Source: Octopus sinensis (Eukaryota). Taken from it: DNA of 12,993 nucleotides. The stretch is from positions 1-12,993 of the forward strand of contig NW_021826378.1 of assembly GCF_006345805.1 (NCBI RefSeq), in the 5' to 3' direction. How positions within the stretch are numbered: the first letter of the stretch is position 1; every line of letters begins with the position of its first letter. A model generated the notes under the pieces. That model worked only from the letters and a program-made list of their open reading frames with translations, searched no databases and had not been told where the DNA came from. Positions 8,681 through 12,993 of this stretch are shown here, piece by piece. The position numbers and the translations under genes were made by a program.

Positions 8681-8935
8681 TATGCATATATATATATTAC
8701 ATATGTGTGTGTGCGCGTGTGCGCTCGCGTTTGTGTCTGTGTTTGTCCCCCAACATCTCTTGATAACCAATGCTGATTGTTTACGTCTCTGTAACTTAGC
8801 GGTTCGGCAATAGAGACCGATAGAGTAAATACTAGGCTTACAAAGAATAAGTCCTGGGGTCGATTTGCTCGACTAAAGGCGGTGCTCCAGCATAGCCGCA
8901 GTCAAATAACTGAAACAAATAAAAGATTAAAATGA
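8458..8935 (+). mobile_element. tRNA-derived SINE, family 1, copy D (full length)
   Basis: GGCGCAGGAGTGGGTGTGTGG start, B-box-like GGGTTCAGTCCC, central (TA)n(TG)n, A-rich end; colinear with A, B and C. Confidence 0.9.
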
Positions 8936-8993
8936 TATATATATATATATATATATATGACCTAAGAGTGACCTAAATGTACATTCCGTACTT

Positions 8994-10056
8994 TTAAACA
9001 TAATTCCTCTTGCGGTTCACACACTCCTTCCATCGCTATTGCAATACTTCGATTAGTGATAAAGATTTCACCCTGCTGCTCAAAAGCGTCATCTACAGCA
9101 GATATGACGTCATCATCATTCCGACATTAAATCCCAGCCAAGTGGGGTTTGGGCGGGGTTGTGTTAGGGATCAGATGATTGTCAGACGGGGGCTAAAGAA
9201 GAAGGATAGGAACGCTGGTCAACCAGTTCAAAAGCACAGTCATGCACAACAGCCATCGAAACGAAGGTCTTGTGTGCTGGAACACTGTCCTGATGAAACA
9301 AGTCCTTTTAGTCAGTTTTTTATTTTCTGGGCGTTTGGTCTTGATAGTCTTTCGTAACTGCCGCAGCAAGTTGGCATAGCACTCTTCATTGAGTGTGTGG
9401 CCCTTTTGAAGATAAACACAATGCCTTTTTTTCCATCCAAAAAGACTGAAGTTATCAACTTACCTGCAGATGAAACGACCTCAGCCTTCTTTGGAGCAGG
9501 TGAGGAGGGAGTGTATCCACTACATGGATTTGCCTCTTTGTCTCCGGCTCGAAATGATAAATCTAACATTCATCCTGGGTTAGGAAACGTTCAAAGAAAC
9601 CAGCTTGATCTGCCTGAAACAATATCAGATTTTCCTATGATGTGATCAGCTTGGTGCACTTTTGATCAGGTGTTAGAGGACATGGCACTCACCAAGCAGA
9701 AATCTTTGTCATGACATGTCCATTGTGCAGAATATTCTCAAATCTCTTACGGGATATGCTAATGGCATTGACTATTTGATTTATAGTCAATCGCTTGTCA
9801 TGCATCATCGCCTGTCATCCATAACCATGAACACGCTCAATGTTTTTCTCAGCGGTGACAGTTACAGGACGTCCAGACGTTTTGGTCATCTTCAAGAATT
9901 TCCCGCTCCTTCTAAATCCAGTTGCCCACATTTGCACTGTTGATAAAGTTGGAGAGCATTCCCTAATGTAGCCACCGTGTCAGCATGTTTGTCCTTATGG
10001 GTTAAACCCTTTTTCTGCAAGTACTTTATAACACCGCGATGCCAAATTTTGTTCAT
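8994..10056 (-). pseudogene. Mariner (DD34D) transposase pseudogene, full length with many stops and frameshifts
   Basis: Minus-strand translation gives MNKIWHRGVIKYLQKKGL, SAW*VP (decayed WVP motif), TQDEC*, SSPAPKKAEVVSSAGK, YANLLRQLRK, FHQDSVPAH and SLAP/SD. D-to-D spacing is 34 after removing one extra C in a C5 run near 9188-9192. Ends KRNYV*. TIRs not recognisable. Confidence 0.93.
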
Positions 10057-10155
10057 TTCCAAGAGAAGTCGCTACTAGTTACTTATGAAGTCTTTTTGAT
10101 CAATCAGATGTCGGTTTATATGTGGCCTTTTGAGCTTATGGCTTGGGAGGGCCCT

Positions 10156-10383
10156 TTAAACCTTCAATGTTCAGATTACGCTGTTAAATATAATGTTTTT
10201 TCACTCAAATTGTTTTGAATTAATCATGCATTATCTCAAAGCTTCGAGGTTTCAATGATGTGATTATTTATTTTTAGAATGTGAATGTAGGTTAGGCGTG
10301 AGAGGCCAGATATGGCTAGTTCAAATATAAAACATGTAGTATATTTGGGCCGAATATGGACGGTTTAAACACTAAAGGGTTTT
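10156..10383. mobile_element. piggyBac-like non-autonomous element (MITE), about 220 bp
   Basis: Left TTAA (10156-59) then ACCTTCAATGTT; right-end reverse complement CCCTTTAGTGTT (9/12 match); right TSD degenerate (TTTT). Subterminal GGCC..ATATGG motif occurs twice. Confidence 0.5.
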
Positions 10384-10390
10384 TAAAAAA

Positions 10391-10602
10391 AGGCGTCTAG
10401 TCGCCAGAATCTATAACACGCTAGACAAAATGCCTGGCGGTGTTTCATCGGTCTGTATATTCTGAGTTCAAATTCCACGGAGGTTGACTTTTCCTCTTAT
10501 TCTCTCGGGTCAATAAAATAAATACCAGTCATGTACTGGTGTCGATGTAATCAACTACTCCTCTACCCTAAAACTTCTGGCTTTATGCCTATAGTAGAAA
10601 GG

Positions 10603-10659
<57 letters not shown>

Positions 10660-10660
10660 G

Positions 10661-10696
<36 letters not shown>

Positions 10697-10727
10697 TTAT
10701 TATATTATTATTATTATTATTATTTAT
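10391..10727 (+). mobile_element. tRNA-derived SINE with Nin/Deu-like core and (ATT)n tail
   Basis: B-box-like GAGTTCAAATTCC (10464-10476); then GTTGACTTTTCCTCTTATTCTCTCGGGTCAATAAAATAAATACCAG, resembling the Nin/Deu-domain motif (from recall); (ATT)n from 10603. Confidence 0.6.
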
Positions 10728-10728
10728 A

Positions 10729-12496
10729 ATTGTCGTGGGCAAGCTGGTTGGCAAGGCACAGACATGCGCCGTGCCGACCAGGTCGATACACGATAATCTC
10801 CATCTCATACGCTACACCATAGAGAGGGTGGGTAACGACGCTGGCGCGGGTGGGGCGTTGATCAATTTTGATCAGAGTAAAGCCTTCGATAGAGTCGACC
10901 ATCGATACCTGGCAGCTGTTCTCAAGGCAGCTGGCTTCGGTCCAGTCTTCCGCGGGTGGATCGCTGTTTTATACAGCAACATCTCCTCGGTAATACGGGT
11001 GAACGGTCACCTTTCAGAGCCGTTTGACATCTCGCGTTCGGTCCGCCAAGGATGCCCTCTCTCCTCCCTCTTCTACGTATTGACTCTCGAGCCATTACTG
11101 CGCAAGTTGGAAGCTTTGAGGGGCATCCCGCGCGATCTAGGAGGCGGAAACAGCGTGTCTGCTTATGCCGACGACGTCACCGTGATGGTGTCGAGACACA
11201 GGCACATTGACCTAATTGGCGAGACACTAAATGAGTACGAAGCGGTGACAGGAGCAAAAATTAACGCGGAAAAGTCTGTGGGCTTGCAACTGGGCACCCG
11301 GAGAGGCAAGTCCATGCCGTCCAACAGCGTCGTTGGGCGCTGGACAGACGGACCCGTTAAACTGCTCGGGGTCTGGTTCGGTCCGGACCTCCAGGTGGAT
11401 AAAAACTGGGAAGAGGTGACGAGCACGGTGGCCAATCTCACCCAGAAATGGGCCGAGAGGAAGCTGTCCCTGAAAGGTCGAGCGGAGGTGGCGAATGCGT
11501 ACATCGCATCCGTCCATCTATTACCGCTTGACCGTCGTCCCTTGTCCCGACCGCTGGGGTGCCAACTGGTACGCCTGCTCTTCGACTTTTTGTGGAAGGG
11601 TCAGGTGCCACTGGTCAGGCGATCCATCTGCTGTCAACGACCGCTGAACGGATGCCTTGGCATGCCGTGGTTACTGATGCGCAGACATGCGATCAGGCTA
11701 CGACATCTCAAGCGTTTCCTAGACGGTGAACAGGTGTGGTCGTCTTTTGTCTGACGCGACTTTCCGCAGGTCGTCTCTTTGACAGAACTGTAGATCTGGA
11801 TCAAACGCAGACCGAGAAAGGGCGCTTGGCACCTCGAGTGCCGTCAAGCTCTTTCTGCCCTCCGCCAAGCGGGCAATGCGATCGGTTTTAGTTCCACTCT
11901 AGCGTTCTATAGAGGGTTAGTGGAGGAAAAATGCGACGACGTTCTCGGGGAAACTCTAGGCGTTGATGATAACGAACTGAGCGGATAATTTCCAGAGGTC
12001 GCTCGCCTGGCAGTGCTACCGAGGGGATCTGCCCGTTCGAGATAAACTCTACCGGCACGGAAGTGCCGTCAACCGGACTTGCCCGAGATGCTGCCAGGAC
12101 GACGAAACCGTTCTGCATACACTCGTCCAGTGTCCGAGTATTTCTGAACTATGGGTTTATGTCGAACAGCTACTGTCACATATAGGACGGATCCGGCTAT
12201 CAGCTGAATCCATAGTGAAGATTGCCCCGCCGACCTCCTTTAACCGGGAGGGCAAGGCAGTTTTCCTTTGCCTATTGACTGTAGCGAAAGAGGTTGTATT
12301 GTGGACCCATTTGAAAGGGCTAAGGTCAGACACTTTCCTCATTGGCCCAGGCCTCATCAACTTTTTCAAGTTCCACTTGAAAAGGAAGGTGAGAGTAGAG
12401 AGGGAAGTGCTGTCCGATAGCAAGTTTTCTGAAAGGTGGATAAATGTCGCAAGAATGGCCAGTATGAAAGGAGCCATTCTGAGGTTACACCTGTGA
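10729..12496 (+). pseudogene. ORF2 remnant: reverse transcriptase plus C-terminal CCHC zinc finger
   Basis: RT motifs DQSKAFDRV, RQGCPLS, YADD (11164-11175). Stop at 11752-11754, further stop, frameshift near 11984. Zinc finger CPRC-x8-H-x4-C at 12080-12133, in frame with the C-terminus ending 12496. Confidence 0.92.
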
Positions 12497-12764
12497 TTTA
12501 AAAAGGTAATATAAAAAGAGAAAGGGGATCTCTACCCCACTTTTGACCAGGCTCCCGTTGGCTTTTATGGGTTTTTTTCCACCAGGAACCTTTCGTAACG
12601 CCTCCCCCTATTGGGAGTTTTTCGTTGTTATATTTTCGTTGTTAAACTGCTTTTTACTAGTTTTTTTTTTTCACAAACGGACAAAACCCTTTGTAACCTT
12701 TCGTCCTGTTTTGTCCCTTTATGTGATAATTGATTTTTGTCAGCCCTTGTGGCCAATAAAATAA
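10729..12764 (+). mobile_element. 5'-truncated L1/Tx1-type non-LTR retrotransposon
   Basis: ORF2 remnant from 10729 to stop at 12496, about 260-nt 3' UTR, AATAAA at 12755-12760. Tx1-like versus L1 assignment is an inference from the protein style. Confidence 0.9.
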
Positions 12765-12770
<6 letters not shown>

Positions 12771-12816
<46 letters not shown>

Positions 12817-12869
12817 CATTATTATCATTATTAGCATCATCATCATCTTCATCATCATCACCATCATCA
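12771..12869. repeat. (ATT)n grading into (ATC)n microsatellite
   Basis: Direct reading. Confidence 0.95.
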
Positions 12870-12993
12870 GTTCTCTGCTAACTATTGCGGCAGCATCCTA
12901 CTCGTCAAAACAACATCCTTAGTCAAATGTTTTGATGTGTCAGCCGAGCCGTTACTCTCTGGCATATATACCAACCAACACCTCACACACGCA

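Noticed and set aside
9290-9296. CTGATGA on the plus strand
   Set aside because: It is the antisense of the mariner FHQD codons; no hammerhead helices.
9010-9943. Plus-strand ORFs of 75-115 aa over the mariner
   Set aside because: Antisense shadows of the transposase pseudogene.
10563-12922. Minus-strand ORFs over the LINE and (ATT)n tracts
   Set aside because: Antisense to GC-rich RT sequence or microsatellite translations; no independent protein signature.

Overview
AT-rich, microsatellite-dense eukaryotic DNA made almost entirely of decayed transposable elements. The repeat families look like those of an octopus (my inference from recalled repeats, not verified). No intact host CDS is supported; nearly all ORF-track entries are translations of simple repeats. 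Contents: four copies of one tRNA-derived SINE, two other SINE fragments, a full-length dead mariner (DD34D) transposase gene, a piggyBac-like MITE, and a 5'-truncated L1/Tx1-type LINE (RT plus CCHC finger) flanked by (ATT)n on both sides. A CpG-rich unique island at about 4364-4740 may be a promoter/first exon. The most unusual signal is four minimal type I hammerhead ribozyme (HHR)-like motifs from three unrelated sequence families. One lies in a composite element, tRNA-like Pol III head + (AAT)n + HHR tail (7689-8230), preceded by an inverted copy of its own tail. This suggests a ribozyme-bearing SINE mobilised by Penelope-like elements (PLEs). All ribozyme folds were done by eye and every copy deviates from the canonical core or stems.
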